A DNA stretch of 63,415 nucleotides, filler included, from Octopus bimaculoides (Eukaryota): NCBI RefSeq assembly GCF_001194135.2. It is 5 parts of 5 records of this genome, joined end to end, with 100 filler letters (N's around TTAATTAATTAA, not from the genome) between each part and the next. Parts side by side here need not be neighbours in the genome. Positions count along the whole stretch, not along the records: positions 61,449 to 63,415 come from NC_068987.1; 4 more parts are not named here. One strand, given 5' to 3'. Made by a program: the position numbers and the translations under genes. The notes below the pieces were generated by a model that saw only the letters and a program-made list of their open reading frames with translations, had not been told where the DNA came from and made no database searches. Below are positions 62,990 to 63,415 of this stretch, one piece after another; the stretch's first letter is position 1, and each line of letters starts with the position of its first letter.

Positions 62990-63300
62990 CTACATCTAAG
63001 AGGAAAAAAGACAAAAAAAAACATTACCGAGAGATATTATCAATCTCATGAATATCTGAAGATCAATGAAACAAGACTCATCTACACAATGCATTGAATA
63101 TACTGAGTTATGTAAAACAATAAAGAAAAAATTATAGAAAATAAAAGAAAGTCAAATAGGAGATGATTAAGAAAACAGCTGAAAGCAACAAATGTCTTTT
63201 AATATATATATGTAGAAGGTTGAAAAGGAACACACGAGTTGATATGTATAAGGAAAATAAGACAAGGTAGAAAATGCTAAAATAATTTTATCATGAAGAA
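62990..63300 (+). mobile_element. RTE-clade LINE ORF2 fragment, inverted relative to its neighbour
   Basis: Plus-strand LPRDIINLM...IEYTELCKTIKKKL...EMIKKTAESNK, with stops. This is the segment that precedes EFYxxLY in RTE ORF2. Confidence 0.55.
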
Positions 63301-63415
63301 CATTTTAGTACCGGTTTCTGTCTTCGCGACTTTTTCTACTTAGAAAGCAATTAAACTGTGGAAAAATTAAATGAAATGATTTAAAAAAATATTTCCATAG
63401 TTTTCAATTGCAAGG

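Overview
Repeat-saturated eukaryotic genomic DNA with many N gaps. The dense (CA)n/(TA)n/(ATC)n microsatellites and the tRNA-derived SINE families point to a coleoid cephalopod, most likely Octopus (inference from repeat recognition). Most entries in the supplied ORF track are artefacts of microsatellites and N runs. The only confidently named host gene segment is the last coding exon of mitochondrial endonuclease G (ENDOG, minus strand, 46551-46845). Several short phase-compatible candidate exons of unidentified genes are also present. Recognisable mobile DNA includes three SINE families, RTE and probable R4/Dong LINE remnants, two Penelope-like elements, Tigger, mariner and hAT MITEs, a Helitron 3' end and Helentron/HINE-like elements. 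The best findings are: a minimal type I hammerhead ribozyme inside a Penelope insertion bounded by 68-bp inverted repeats; a 152-bp-arm foldback; a tandem pair of decayed, unidentified coding paralogues; and a CpG-depleted block (about 29.6-48.3 kb) that looks like a methylated gene body. Four identical 100-bp N44-TTAATTAATTAA-N44 spacers are assembly joins. I found no CRISPR, rRNA or true tRNA gene, and no clearly new multi-gene system. Coordinates of decayed repeats are approximate.
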